Shown: piece by piece, positions 28,247-38,358 of the stretch
Numbering within the stretch: the stretch's first letter is position 1
How the letters are laid out: every line of letters begins with the position of its first letter
IMG/VR virus record: IMGVR_UViG_3300048582_000124
Span: 1 to 53,894 of that record
DNA from: a virus
Taxonomy: Duplodnaviria > Caudoviricetes
Reading direction: 5' to 3' (one strand)
DNA: 53,894 nt
Program-made: the position numbers and the translations under genes
The notes under the pieces: model-generated
Database searches by the model: none
What the model was told of the DNA's origin: nothing
Seen by the model: only the letters and a program-made list of their open reading frames with translations

Positions 28247-29725
28247 TTAATTTCCTGTTGAAAATTCGTCAATGATGTCTCCTTCGCTATCCAACGTATA
28301 AAACACTACATCGAATCCCCAAAGGCGTTTAATGTGTTTCATACATTCGTATGCAGTATCTTCATCGAGTAATTGATCGGCTTGCGTCTGGCAAGTGATT
28401 TCTAACTCTCGACTACTACCTAAGTTTGCATTTATTACTTGTATATTTGGGTCGGTATAGCCCACTTCGTATTGTGCAGCAAGTGTGCTTCTAATTCTCT
28501 TGTAACCTTCTTCGTTGTGTATACTTTTAACAACATAGAAATCGTCATCTTCGTTACCTATGTGAAACATTCTTAAATCGCGCATTAGTTTAGGCGACAA
28601 GAATTGTCTGATAAAACTTTCGTCTCTATAATTTTCGACAGCATCTTTAATTACCGCAATGTAGTCTTTACCTGCAATATTCGGGAACCATTCTATATCT
28701 TCTGGCGTAGGATTTTTGCACATACGCTCGATATCACGGAAGATTGCAAGTCCTAACGCATAAGGGTTAAAACGTGCAGAACGTTCGAAGCCTGGCTGAT
28801 ACACTACATTACTATGAACGTGCATAAACTCGAGCATAGCACCTTCGGTGATTTGCCCTGTTTCGAACAAACGATTCATTAAGTAGCAATGGACCCAACA
28901 CGCAAATCCTTCGTTCATAACTTGCGTTTGGCGCTGGGGGTAAAAGTACTGCGCCATCATACGCACAATGCGTAGAATCTCGCGCTGCCAAGGCTCTAAG
29001 ATAGGACTGTGCTTCTCAATAAATTTCAGCAAATTCTCTTCTGGCTCTGCCGGGAATGTTTTTGCTTGTTCTTTTTCGTCTTTCTTAGGTTTGTTCCACA
29101 AAATGTCTACTTGACTTTGTGTATATTCTTCTCTTTCCTTTTGACGCTCAAGCTCTTTCTCAATAGATAGCTTTCCTGGCTTCTTGTATTTGTCTACACC
29201 TTGCATACGCAGGGCATGAGCTGAGTCGAGAATCTTCTCAACTGCATCAGAACCATACTTTTCTTCGCAAGAAGCAATATAGTCCCTGGCAAAGCACAAA
29301 TAGTCAATGATAGCATCGGCCTTAGTCCAGTTTTTAAACAAATAATTGTTCTTAAAGAAATGATTGTGCCCGAAGCAGTGCTGTATTACTAGACACTGCA
29401 ATGTGGCCGTATTATCCTCCATTAAATACACAATATTTGGATCAGAATTCAACGTAAGCTCGTATGCTAGTCCTGATTTACCGCTACGATACGATTGTTC
29501 TTCGCGAACAAACGTTTTGCCATAACTCCAGTGCCTATAAGACACAGGCATACCTATAGAAGCGTATGCGTCGAGCATCTGTTCAGAAGAAATAACCTCG
29601 TAAGACGACGGGTATAGGTTTAATCCTAACTCGTCCATTGCAAGTTTATAGCCCGCATTATGAAACTTGTCGATCATATCAAATGACCAATCAGAGTTCT
29701 CAAATAACAACTTAGTTTTCTTCAA
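28247..29725 (-). CDS. spoVR: SpoVR/YcgB family protein
   Basis: GMPVSYRHWSYGK, GLAYE, GHNHFFKNN, YFYPQRQTQVMNEG, NPYALG. Confidence 0.93.
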   Translation of the reverse strand: MKKTKLLFENSDWSFDMIDKFHNAGYKLAMDELGLNLYPSSYEVISSEQMLDAYASIGMPVSYRHWSYGKTFVREEQSYRSGKSGLAYELTLNSDPNIVYLMEDNTATLQCLVIQHCFGHNHFFKNNYLFKNWTKADAIIDYLCFARDYIASCEEKYGSDAVEKILDSAHALRMQGVDKYKKPGKLSIEKELERQKEREEYTQSQVDILWNKPKKDEKEQAKTFPAEPEENLLKFIEKHSPILEPWQREILRIVRMMAQYFYPQRQTQVMNEGFACWVHCYLMNRLFETGQITEGAMLEFMHVHSNVVYQPGFERSARFNPYALGLAIFRDIERMCKNPTPEDIEWFPNIAGKDYIAVIKDAVENYRDESFIRQFLSPKLMRDLRMFHIGNEDDDFYVVKSIHNEEGYKRIRSTLAAQYEVGYTDPNIQVINANLGSSRELEITCQTQADQLLDEDTAYECMKHIKRLWGFDVVFYTLDSEGDIIDEFSTGN

Positions 29726-30987
29726 GACATTATTTCCTTCGAGAAAATCATTCTAAAAATTCTATACACATCCGGAACATCATTTACCTGACATATTTTT
29801 AACTCTTTATGCATCTTGCTAATTGCGTGCATCATCTCCCACATATCGCTATCTTTAGCACTGTTAGGGCTGCGCACTTCGATGTAAGCATACTGCTGGC
29901 ACAAAGGAATTATCTTTTCGTGTAACAATTCTGTTACATGATCGTTGTCTGTAGAAAAATTGTCACCGTCTGACGTTTGTGCAACATAAATGTTCCAGTC
30001 GTCCGGGCTGTATCTTTCTTTTTGCACACGCAGCATTTCCATTAAACCCGAAGATACAATTGTTCCGCCTGTTTCTTTGTTATAAAAGAAATCTTCTTCG
30101 GAGCATTCGCGACCTTCGGTGTGGTGTCTAATGAATATAACATCAACAAGATCGTATTTGTATTGCAAGAACAAGTATAGCAGCAAATAGAAACGCTTTG
30201 CTAGTTCTTTCTCATGCACGCCCATCGATGCAGACACATCCATTATGCAAAACATTACTGCTTTGTGCTTCGGAGAAGGTCTCTTTTCAAAGTTTCTAAA
30301 CTGTAAGTCGATAGGATCTAAGAACGGAACAGCATCGATACGCTTTTTAAGATGCTCTATTTCTGCTTCGATTGCAATGCGCCTTCCTTCTTGATCAGGC
30401 GTTAGTGCTGCCATTTCTTCTTGCAACAATTTTATCTTTTTGTTCTTGGGTGCCTTAAGCGAGTAACGTCTGCCTATGCTTCTTTTCATCGAACGGCAAA
30501 TGTCTAATGTTGCAGGTGTGCCTGCATTAGAAAATCCTGCGCGAACTTTTGAAAATGCAATAGTCTGATCTATGCTTTTCTTTTTTAGCTCAGGCAGTTC
30601 TAAATCTTCGAACAGTATGTCGTTAAACTCGTCCTTGCTTATGTTAAACGAGAACTCGTCTTCGCCTTCGCCGTCATCACTTGCATTGCCTGCTTTGCCT
30701 TGACTTTGTTGCGGGCGCTCGATTAGATCGCCTTGTACATACTCTCTGTTGCCAGGTAACACAAACTCTCTGTTGCCTGTTGTATGATCGTAATGAAACC
30801 ACGGTTCTTTAATACTGTCGCTAGGCACAGACACAGACTGATCGTTCTCGGTAGTGATTGACCGATTCGATAGACCTTCTCTTACGCTAGCCTTAAGATG
30901 TTCTTTGACACGCTTTATGAATCGTTGTCTATTATTTAAATTTTTGCCGGTCGGATTTAATCGTCTGTCTATAATAGTGTATGTCAT
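29722..30987 (-). CDS. yeaH: YeaH/YhbH (DUF444) vWA-type protein
   Basis: IDRRLN..NRQRF, AVMFCIMDVSASM, ETGGT, SDGDN. Confidence 0.93.
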   Translation of the reverse strand: MTYTIIDRRLNPTGKNLNNRQRFIKRVKEHLKASVREGLSNRSITTENDQSVSVPSDSIKEPWFHYDHTTGNREFVLPGNREYVQGDLIERPQQSQGKAGNASDDGEGEDEFSFNISKDEFNDILFEDLELPELKKKSIDQTIAFSKVRAGFSNAGTPATLDICRSMKRSIGRRYSLKAPKNKKIKLLQEEMAALTPDQEGRRIAIEAEIEHLKKRIDAVPFLDPIDLQFRNFEKRPSPKHKAVMFCIMDVSASMGVHEKELAKRFYLLLYLFLQYKYDLVDVIFIRHHTEGRECSEEDFFYNKETGGTIVSSGLMEMLRVQKERYSPDDWNIYVAQTSDGDNFSTDNDHVTELLHEKIIPLCQQYAYIEVRSPNSAKDSDMWEMMHAISKMHKELKICQVNDVPDVYRIFRMIFSKEIMS

Positions 30988-31002
30988 GGTTCGCTCCTTA
31001 TA

Positions 31003-31030
31003 AACAGCACGGTAGAACTACCGTGCTGTT
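31003..31030 (-). promoter_or_regulatory. Intercistronic hairpin between prkA and yeaH
   Basis: AACAGCACGGTAG..CTACCGTGCTGTT perfect inverted repeat directly before the AAGGAG SD. Confidence 0.65.
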
Positions 31031-31034
31031 GTCA

Positions 31035-32975
31035 TTACGACTTAGCTATTCTCGTAAACCATTCAACCAAACGATGTGTTTGTTTTGCGCTGTATCCGCG
31101 TTCAATCATGCGGCGCACAAATTCGTCGTGCTTGATCTGATCTTTCTTATTAGTCTTTGTATTACTGAAGCTGATAACTGGTAGCAGTTCTTCTGTATTA
31201 CTAAACATTTTCTTTTCGATCACTTCTCGCAGTTTTTCATAGCTAGTCCACATAGGGTTCTTACCTTGATTGTTAGCTTTTGCTCTTAGTACAAAATTAA
31301 CAACTTCAGCACGGAAGTCTTTAGGGTTAGCAATGCCTGCAGGCTTTTCTATCTTTTCGAGCTCTGCATTAAGTACTTCTCTATCAAACATTTGACCAGT
31401 GTCAGGATCTTTGTAATCAACATCCTGTGTCCATGCATCGGCGTAATCTACATAACGGTCGAACAAGTTCTGTCCGTAGTCGCTGTAGCTTTCAAGATAT
31501 GCTTTCTGAATTTCATGACCAATGAAGTCTTTGTATTCGTTTGACATATATTCTTTAATGAAGTCTAAGTATTTGGCTTCTTTCTCTTCGCCCATTTGGT
31601 CGTTTTTAATTGCCTTCTCGAGCACATTTATTAAGTGTACCGGATCAGCAGCAATTTCTTCCGAGTCATAGTTATAAGTCTGCGATAGTACTTTAAACGC
31701 AAATCTGGTAGACAAACCTGTCATACCTTCGTCGACGCCAGCCTCTTCTTTGTATTCGTGCAGTGTACGGCACTTAGGATCTTTGTCCTTTAAGTGTTCA
31801 CCGTTATATACGCACATTTTAGAAACAAGGTTGGAGTTCTTATGTTCCTTTAGTCTTGTCAGCACAAAGAAGTCAGCTAGTAACTCTAATGTGCGCGGTG
31901 CTAAAGGAGCGCCTTGCAATGCAGAGTCTCTAATCATCTTTTTGTAAATCTTAACTTCTTCGTCTCGACGTAAGCAGTAGGGAACTTTGACAATATAGAT
32001 ACGATCGAGGAATGCTTCATTATTTTTATTGTTACGGAATGTAGTCCACTCAGATTCGTTAGAGTGAGCTAACACTACCCCGTTAAACGGAATTGCACCT
32101 AAGCCTTCTTCTGTACCATTATAGTTGCCTTCCTGCGTTGCAGTTAGCAATGGGTGCAATACTTTAATAGGTGCCTTAAACATTTCGACAAATTCTAGCA
32201 TACCTTGATTAGAGTGGCACAGTCCACCGGAGTAAGAATAAGCATCAGTGTCGTGTTGGCTAAAATCTTCCAACATACGAATGTCTACTTTACCAACTAA
32301 CGAGCTAATGTCCTGATTGTTATCGTCGCCTGGTTCTGTTTTAGAGATACCGACCTGATTTAACTTGCTAGGCCATAACTTAACTACGCTAAATTTACTA
32401 ACGTCGTTCTTGAATTCTTTTAAACGCTTCAGGGCCCATGGACTAGGAATCAAGTTATAGAAATAACGTTCTGGAATACCGTATTCTTCTTGTAAAGCCT
32501 TTCTATTTTTGCTTGCAGCAAATAATCCCAGAGGCGACTCGAACACAGGACTGATTTCGTCGCCCGCTTTAAGTACATATATAGGGTGCTGCTCCGTTAA
32601 CTCTTTTAATTTCTCTGCTAGGCTGGATTTAGCAGAGCCAACCGGGCCCAGGAGATAGAGAATCTGCTTCTTTTCTTCTAAACCTTGTGCAGCATGTCGG
32701 AAGAATCCTACAATACGGTCGATCGTGTCTTCCATTCCGTAAAATTCACTAAATGCTTTGTAGGAATTAATAGTTCTACGCTGAAAGATCCTTGCTAAAC
32801 GAGGATCCTGTGTAGTATCAATTCTTTCTGGTTCACCGATAGCAGCAATCATTCTCTCTGCTGGCGTAGCGTATGTAATAGGTTCCGATTTGCACCGATC
32901 GAAATATTCTTCTAGTGTTAACTCTTCGTCGCGCTTGTCGTTGAGTTCTTGCGAAAAAAGATCAAATAACTTCAT
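31035..32975 (-). CDS. prkA: PrkA/YeaG family AAA+ ATPase / Ser kinase
   Basis: LLGPVGSAKSS, EPGDDNNQDISSLVG, EFVEMFK, HSNESEW. Confidence 0.95.
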   Translation of the reverse strand: MKLFDLFSQELNDKRDEELTLEEYFDRCKSEPITYATPAERMIAAIGEPERIDTTQDPRLARIFQRRTINSYKAFSEFYGMEDTIDRIVGFFRHAAQGLEEKKQILYLLGPVGSAKSSLAEKLKELTEQHPIYVLKAGDEISPVFESPLGLFAASKNRKALQEEYGIPERYFYNLIPSPWALKRLKEFKNDVSKFSVVKLWPSKLNQVGISKTEPGDDNNQDISSLVGKVDIRMLEDFSQHDTDAYSYSGGLCHSNQGMLEFVEMFKAPIKVLHPLLTATQEGNYNGTEEGLGAIPFNGVVLAHSNESEWTTFRNNKNNEAFLDRIYIVKVPYCLRRDEEVKIYKKMIRDSALQGAPLAPRTLELLADFFVLTRLKEHKNSNLVSKMCVYNGEHLKDKDPKCRTLHEYKEEAGVDEGMTGLSTRFAFKVLSQTYNYDSEEIAADPVHLINVLEKAIKNDQMGEEKEAKYLDFIKEYMSNEYKDFIGHEIQKAYLESYSDYGQNLFDRYVDYADAWTQDVDYKDPDTGQMFDREVLNAELEKIEKPAGIANPKDFRAEVVNFVLRAKANNQGKNPMWTSYEKLREVIEKKMFSNTEELLPVISFSNTKTNKKDQIKHDEFVRRMIERGYSAKQTHRLVEWFTRIAKS

Positions 32976-33007
32976 ATACTTGCTCCTGTGTTTCTATATG
33001 TACGGTA

Positions 33008-33036
33008 ATTATACTACATAAATGTTATTTTGTCAA
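33008..33036 (-). promoter_or_regulatory. Perfect sigma70 promoter for prkA-yeaH-spoVR
   Basis: TTGACA-17-TATAAT. Confidence 0.85.
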
Positions 33037-33087
33037 GTAATATTTAACCGAGCAATCCGAGCAGCCCGTTAATAATATTTATGACTT

Positions 33088-34134
33088 TTATAACTTATCG
33101 TGGTTAGTAATATACATTCTGTCTGTTACTACTTTCACTGATTTAGGAAGACGTGATTCAGTAACAACTGTTATCCTACGATACCCCTCGCCCGGGTAAC
33201 TAAAGATCCCAGGCAATCCTTCTTTATCGTATGCTTTTAAATCTAACACATGTAGGCTAGTACGGCGTCGAATTCGTAAGAATAAATTTTCAACAGATTT
33301 CGCATATTTCTCGATAGAAATTAAACAACCATCGACTGTTAATTCCCCGAAATGATACGACGATGTCACTTGCATTGGCCCTACATACATATAATCGACC
33401 ATTCCACCCATTGCTGGCGTGCCTTTGAGAATTGTCAGTATGTGTTCATTAGGTATCCGATAATATAATTCGGGCATGCATCGTGAATTTACCGGCTTGC
33501 CATCTATGTGTCGGTAGTACCGGTCGAATATGTCGTGGGCAGTATGCACTGCATATACAATTTCTTTGTTTACGTCCGGCATAGACATTAATCCGCTGAT
33601 ACCGCCACCGGCAATAGAGTGAGCGTCAAGGCCTTTTGCGCTAATGTTTATTTTTTTCTTACCAGATTGAATAACAAGATCAACATAAGGTTCTTTACCT
33701 GCGTAATGGCTGTAATCTGCCTTTTTAATGCTGGTAACTTTTTTCAAACACTTACGAGACGTCCGTAAGGTAATGCTCTTGCCTTTGTTCTTCTTAATAC
33801 CTTTAGTAATTTCGGTGATTAAACTTTGTTCTTGTCGCTCTGCTTGCTGCTTACCGGTTTCTATACCCCCGAACTCCTTATCTTTAAAAAGTTTTGTAAG
33901 TGAAACAGTGGTGTTAGTTATGGTGGGTAAAAATATACTGCCGTTGTTATTTATGAAGGGTGTATTTGCGAAATTGCGATTTTTAAGTGCAGATATTAAA
34001 TGGTCGCAGGGACGGATTTTTACAGTTTCGCCGTCTTTATCTAAGAGGCGAAACTCCATCCCTGTTAACACTCTATTTAAAAAAACATCCCAGTTGCATC
34101 GCTTCGTCAAATCCCTGACGGAGAGTGTTGCCAT
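33088..34134 (-). CDS. Hypothetical basic protein, possible PD-(D/E)xK endonuclease
   Basis: ERQE...PYVDLVI...INISAKG. Confidence 0.5.
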   Translation of the reverse strand: MATLSVRDLTKRCNWDVFLNRVLTGMEFRLLDKDGETVKIRPCDHLISALKNRNFANTPFINNNGSIFLPTITNTTVSLTKLFKDKEFGGIETGKQQAERQEQSLITEITKGIKKNKGKSITLRTSRKCLKKVTSIKKADYSHYAGKEPYVDLVIQSGKKKINISAKGLDAHSIAGGGISGLMSMPDVNKEIVYAVHTAHDIFDRYYRHIDGKPVNSRCMPELYYRIPNEHILTILKGTPAMGGMVDYMYVGPMQVTSSYHFGELTVDGCLISIEKYAKSVENLFLRIRRRTSLHVLDLKAYDKEGLPGIFSYPGEGYRRITVVTESRLPKSVKVVTDRMYITNHDKL

Positions 34135-34153
34135 GTACTACAATTGAAACCTC

Positions 34154-36436
34154 TTAATCAAATAATGCTTTTAATGCTTTCACTACATCGGCATCCGCGC
34201 CTTCTGTAATTACTTTTTTACTTTTCTCAGTTTTCTTACTTTCGTGTAAGGAAGAAATAAACATATCACTAGATACTTTCTTACTTTCTCCGACTACTTT
34301 GCTATATACACGCTGTATTACATCAGGGTTCATCATCATTAACTTTTCAGTATCGTAATGTCTATCGGATAAGGACATTCCCATATCTTGCATGTATGCT
34401 ATCTTGCCTAGCATATCGGAAACATCCATTGATGCTCCGCTAACTCTTGCGGCGGGCACTTCTACTTCTGGTTCATCCATGCCATCGATTTCGTCGCCGG
34501 CATCGCTCGGAGTTTCATTGTCATCGCCCCACTCGGTCGCATTACTATCGTCGTAATAATCAGATATAGGAGCAGGCTTGTCGCTGGACAAATCAACACC
34601 GGCAGATCTAGCAGCGTCGCCTGTCATGTCGGCAGCTTCGCGATCTAAACCGGCATATTCGTCATCTTCTGGTTCGAATTCAATATCGTCATTGGCTTCG
34701 CGCATATGACGCTCTGGATCGAGGCGATCAGCGGACGGATCATAATCGTCGTGCCTGCCGTCGTCACCGTCGTCACCGTCTTCTTCGCTTTCTTCGTCAT
34801 CGTAGTAGCCCGGCACATCGTCTTCCTCTTCGTGCCATTCCTTTACTATAGTTCCTTTCACTTTGCTGTGGATACGCTTGATCATATCAGCAGGCATGTC
34901 GATTAACTTATCGACATTGTACTCACGATTAGCCATTGACATACCTAAGTTCTGTAAGTAGTCAATTTCGCCAATTAAATCGGAAACATCTTCCGGCGCA
35001 TCGTGTGCGCTAACATTACCTAATTCGTCGTTACTTTCGATATCATCTAATTCATCGGCTGCACCGAAACCGTTAACAGGTTCTTCTTCCCATTCGTCGT
35101 GCTCTTGCTCTCCCATTACTTTATCTGCGATCTTGCTACCGATTGCAGAACCAGCAGCAGCACTACCGGCTCTAACTGCCATGCCGACTAACGGACCGAA
35201 TTCCTTTAATTTCATTTTACTCTCCTTTAAATTTTTTGATTCCTTTACATTGGTAGTTTTCGCCAGATAGTTGCCGGATAAATCATAATCATCGTCGTCG
35301 TAATCTACTTCACGGGGGTCTTCATCATCGTCGCTTACTTCTTCGACTGAATCGTATAGGTCGCGATTTCCTCTGTAGGCGCCCGGTGATTCGTTATCAA
35401 ACTCATCCCAGCCGCGCTCCGGATAGTTGTTCTTATCTGGTTCCGAAGGAAAACAAACTTCGCAATCGTATTCACCACAAGCACATGCTTTCGGTGAAGA
35501 TTCGTGCATTGCTGATTGATATTCGTCATACACTTCGTCGTAATATGCGTACACATCTGCATATCCATTTTTTCTTGCAGCTTTGTCTGCAATTTCGTAC
35601 GGAAGTCCTTGTTTCTCTAACCAAGGAGCTAAGTAGTCGACTGGGTCTCCATCGGGTGCAATCTCAGCAACAACTTGTTCTACTTTACGCCATATTGCAT
35701 CTAAATCTGCAACAGGTGCCGCTTCGTCAAGCGCTCGATAATCTTCATCGCTAAGATACATGTCGGTATCACGATCGTAATACTTTCCCGCCTTAGGATC
35801 ATAATATACTACTTTTCCACTCTTAGTACTAAATGGTCCTTCTAATCCTTCGCCGGATAGGTCAGTATATCTTTCTTTGTCAATCGGAAGCCTAACAGAA
35901 TAACCTTCATCGACCTCGTTAGCTTCTTCAATGGTTTTCATCCATTTTTCTAAATCTTCCATGTGAACATCCTTGTTGTTAACAGTTAAGTCAGACGTGT
36001 TTTGTTCTCTTGCACTAAGTGGGGACATACAGCCGTCGCTGCCGGTGGAAGAAAACTCTTCCCTACTCACATCGGCAGAGTCTCTAGAAATGAATTCCAC
36101 AGGGATAGATTGATCCACGCTATCTATATTACAAATAGCAGATCTTCCGTCTAATGAATATGCAACAAACACACCGTGACCAGCACCGGGTCCGTATAGT
36201 TGATCGATAACTACTTTTTGCCCTGCCTGTAACTCTGGTTTATCTCGTAGTAAGTGATCTTCCGCTGATACATCTATATTTTGATGTTGTTTAATTTGAC
36301 CAGCATAAACGCTAGCTTTTGCTTCGGTATTGTCGTCGAATTCGGACCGAGATTGTTGCGCTTCTCTCTCACCGGCCTTTGCGGCCATTTCCATACCTTG
36401 TTTAACAATATCTAACCATCTATACATATCTGACAT
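34154..36436 (-). CDS. Large acidic protein, probably capsid-internal or scaffold-like
   Basis: 760 aa, D/E-rich, repeated [ILMV]xE motifs, duplicated ~46-aa domain, late motif upstream. Confidence 0.65.
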   Translation of the reverse strand: MSDMYRWLDIVKQGMEMAAKAGEREAQQSRSEFDDNTEAKASVYAGQIKQHQNIDVSAEDHLLRDKPELQAGQKVVIDQLYGPGAGHGVFVAYSLDGRSAICNIDSVDQSIPVEFISRDSADVSREEFSSTGSDGCMSPLSAREQNTSDLTVNNKDVHMEDLEKWMKTIEEANEVDEGYSVRLPIDKERYTDLSGEGLEGPFSTKSGKVVYYDPKAGKYYDRDTDMYLSDEDYRALDEAAPVADLDAIWRKVEQVVAEIAPDGDPVDYLAPWLEKQGLPYEIADKAARKNGYADVYAYYDEVYDEYQSAMHESSPKACACGEYDCEVCFPSEPDKNNYPERGWDEFDNESPGAYRGNRDLYDSVEEVSDDDEDPREVDYDDDDYDLSGNYLAKTTNVKESKNLKESKMKLKEFGPLVGMAVRAGSAAAGSAIGSKIADKVMGEQEHDEWEEEPVNGFGAADELDDIESNDELGNVSAHDAPEDVSDLIGEIDYLQNLGMSMANREYNVDKLIDMPADMIKRIHSKVKGTIVKEWHEEEDDVPGYYDDEESEEDGDDGDDGRHDDYDPSADRLDPERHMREANDDIEFEPEDDEYAGLDREAADMTGDAARSAGVDLSSDKPAPISDYYDDSNATEWGDDNETPSDAGDEIDGMDEPEVEVPAARVSGASMDVSDMLGKIAYMQDMGMSLSDRHYDTEKLMMMNPDVIQRVYSKVVGESKKVSSDMFISSLHESKKTEKSKKVITEGADADVVKALKALFD

Positions 36437-36467
36437 AGTACAATCCTTTGTAAACTATAATAACTTA

Positions 36468-36475
36468 TATTTATC
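36468..36475 (-). promoter_or_regulatory. Putative late promoter GATAAATA
   Basis: Intergenic, upstream of the acidic protein. Confidence 0.65.
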
Positions 36476-36492
36476 TTTTTCTTACAATTATG

Positions 36493-37800
36493 TTAGTCAG
36501 GAACGAACTTGTCGTAACGTATTGTCACGAACCGGGGCAAAAACAGTGATTTTATGTTAGTATTCTTATCACTTATGATTTCATTGTATCTAATTGTACC
36601 GATAGTGCCCATCATTGCTTGCCTAGTCATCTGTTTACGATCATTATCCGAAAATCCTGTACCCACCCATACTACTAAGTCTCGAGCAAGATTGGAATAC
36701 TCCAGCGCACCCATCATGCCTTCGTATTTACCGGTGCCTTCTTGCCAGTCTGTTACTTCTAGCTCCATTTCGTTCACTGCTTTGAACTTAATTAAGTGTT
36801 TACTGCGCTTATCTTCCCAAACACTTGCTAAATTCTTCAGCATAGTACCTTCTTCACCGCGTGCTATAGCTTCTGCAAAGTGATCGAGCACTTCTTTGAA
36901 GTTGTTTACTACTTTAGATTCGATTATGCTATAAAGTATATGAGGTGTCAGGTCTACGTGAGTAACAAGTTTAGAAAAGCGATCTTCGTACGGGGTAGTG
37001 TCTTCGTATTTTAAGAATTTATCGTAATCTATCATATCCCATAGGCGAACACGGACCTTAGCTGCTTCTTTGGCAGTAATAGTGCCTTTCACCGCTTTGT
37101 TTAGGATCCCGTTCCCGGTTTTGCGGTCCAGCGTCTTACCGTCTGACTCAACGACAATAAGCTCTCCGTCAAATACAACATCCCGCGAATAGCTCCTGCC
37201 AAGATTGCAAAAGCTATCATCCAGATGACCCAGAAGATCCACCAACTTACCAGAGCGGCCACGGACAGTGACATACCAATTGCCGCTTGCATTTTGTCTG
37301 ACGATAACATTAACACGCATTCCGTCAGCTTTGATTTGACTGATTGCCGGATAGACAATAGCTTTGATTGTATCTTCATCGTATGCTTTTCCTAGTAGAC
37401 AAGGGTAAGTCGGAATCAAGTCCTTGTACACTTTATTTACCGTTGATTCTGCTACCCCACAGCGCAAATCCTTGCCTATAATCCGCTCTGCCACAACAGC
37501 GTCGTACGGATGCATAGATTCTAACAGGTTTTTTAGGTGTGCAATGGCGGCGTGACCGGAGACAGTGCGGTCAGAGAAATTAGGAAGTTCTGCAAAGAAT
37601 TGTTTAAGTGTTACGGTAGGGTGATCAGCAGAATCGTAATTGGGAATTTTCTTGATGTTGTACTGCATATAAGGATTTAATGCATGAACTAAGACACCTT
37701 TTAAATCCTCATTATCTTTGTGTGCTTCTAAAATACTAATTTTGTCGTTTCTGCTAGCAGTAAATGCTAGCCTATCTAATATCCCGTAAACACTAGTCAT
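36493..37800 (-). CDS. ATP-dependent DNA ligase (T4 gp30-like)
   Basis: KADGMR, FDGEL, EEGTMLK, IKFK, SLFLPRF. Confidence 0.95.
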   Translation of the reverse strand: MTSVYGILDRLAFTASRNDKISILEAHKDNEDLKGVLVHALNPYMQYNIKKIPNYDSADHPTVTLKQFFAELPNFSDRTVSGHAAIAHLKNLLESMHPYDAVVAERIIGKDLRCGVAESTVNKVYKDLIPTYPCLLGKAYDEDTIKAIVYPAISQIKADGMRVNVIVRQNASGNWYVTVRGRSGKLVDLLGHLDDSFCNLGRSYSRDVVFDGELIVVESDGKTLDRKTGNGILNKAVKGTITAKEAAKVRVRLWDMIDYDKFLKYEDTTPYEDRFSKLVTHVDLTPHILYSIIESKVVNNFKEVLDHFAEAIARGEEGTMLKNLASVWEDKRSKHLIKFKAVNEMELEVTDWQEGTGKYEGMMGALEYSNLARDLVVWVGTGFSDNDRKQMTRQAMMGTIGTIRYNEIISDKNTNIKSLFLPRFVTIRYDKFVPD

Positions 37801-38152
37801 ATTTACATTTTCCTTGCGATGTCAATGTACATTCGTATGTTTGCAATCCTTTATCATCTTTCCACTCCCAACCGGAAACCGAAAATACGTACCCGCCACA
37901 TCGGTGGCAAATAATCTTCACTTCGTCGTCGTCGTACGGTCCTAACACAGTCCAGTTAAATTCTATTAAATCCGGATATAGTAATTTCAGAATTACTGCA
38001 TCTTCGTCTGTCACTTCATAATAGGTGTGATTGTTACTCCAATTTTTCAACGGAGTGTGCTCTTTATATCTAAATAGTCCAGAAGCGTTTAACGACGGCT
38101 GTACTTTCGGATTGTCGTCGTACCCGCCTAAAGGAAAACCTAATAATTTCAT
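37793..38152 (-). CDS. Hypothetical protein with C-terminal Cys motif
   Basis: EDAVILKLLY; CHRCGG..C..C. Confidence 0.6.
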   Translation of the reverse strand: MKLLGFPLGGYDDNPKVQPSLNASGLFRYKEHTPLKNWSNNHTYYEVTDEDAVILKLLYPDLIEFNWTVLGPYDDDEVKIICHRCGGYVFSVSGWEWKDDKGLQTYECTLTSQGKCKYD

Positions 38153-38358
38153 TTCTTTTCTATATTGTCCCATACATCTAGGGCGTGGTCGACCATTGCG
38201 TCGACGTCTTCGTCGGTCATTGCAACAAAAACTCTATGATAATGATCATCACAGTAAGATTTACCTGCTAAGGTGGGCTTGCGACATACTTCGCCTTTCT
38301 TAGACCACTCACAAGTGACTGCTTTATATTCCCCGTAATACAATTTTGCATCATTCAT
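38149..38358 (-). CDS. Small C3H zinc-finger-like protein
   Basis: CEW..VCRKPTLAGKSYCDDH. Confidence 0.65.
   Translation of the reverse strand: MNDAKLYYGEYKAVTCEWSKKGEVCRKPTLAGKSYCDDHYHRVFVAMTDEDVDAMVDHALDVWDNIEKK

Noticed and set aside
34740-34830. Short tandem repeats (CCGTCGTCA; also TCGTAATCG near 13220 and CAT runs near 20910)
   Set aside because: Explained by Asp/Gly-, Asp/Tyr- or Met-rich coding sequence; not CRISPR or non-coding arrays
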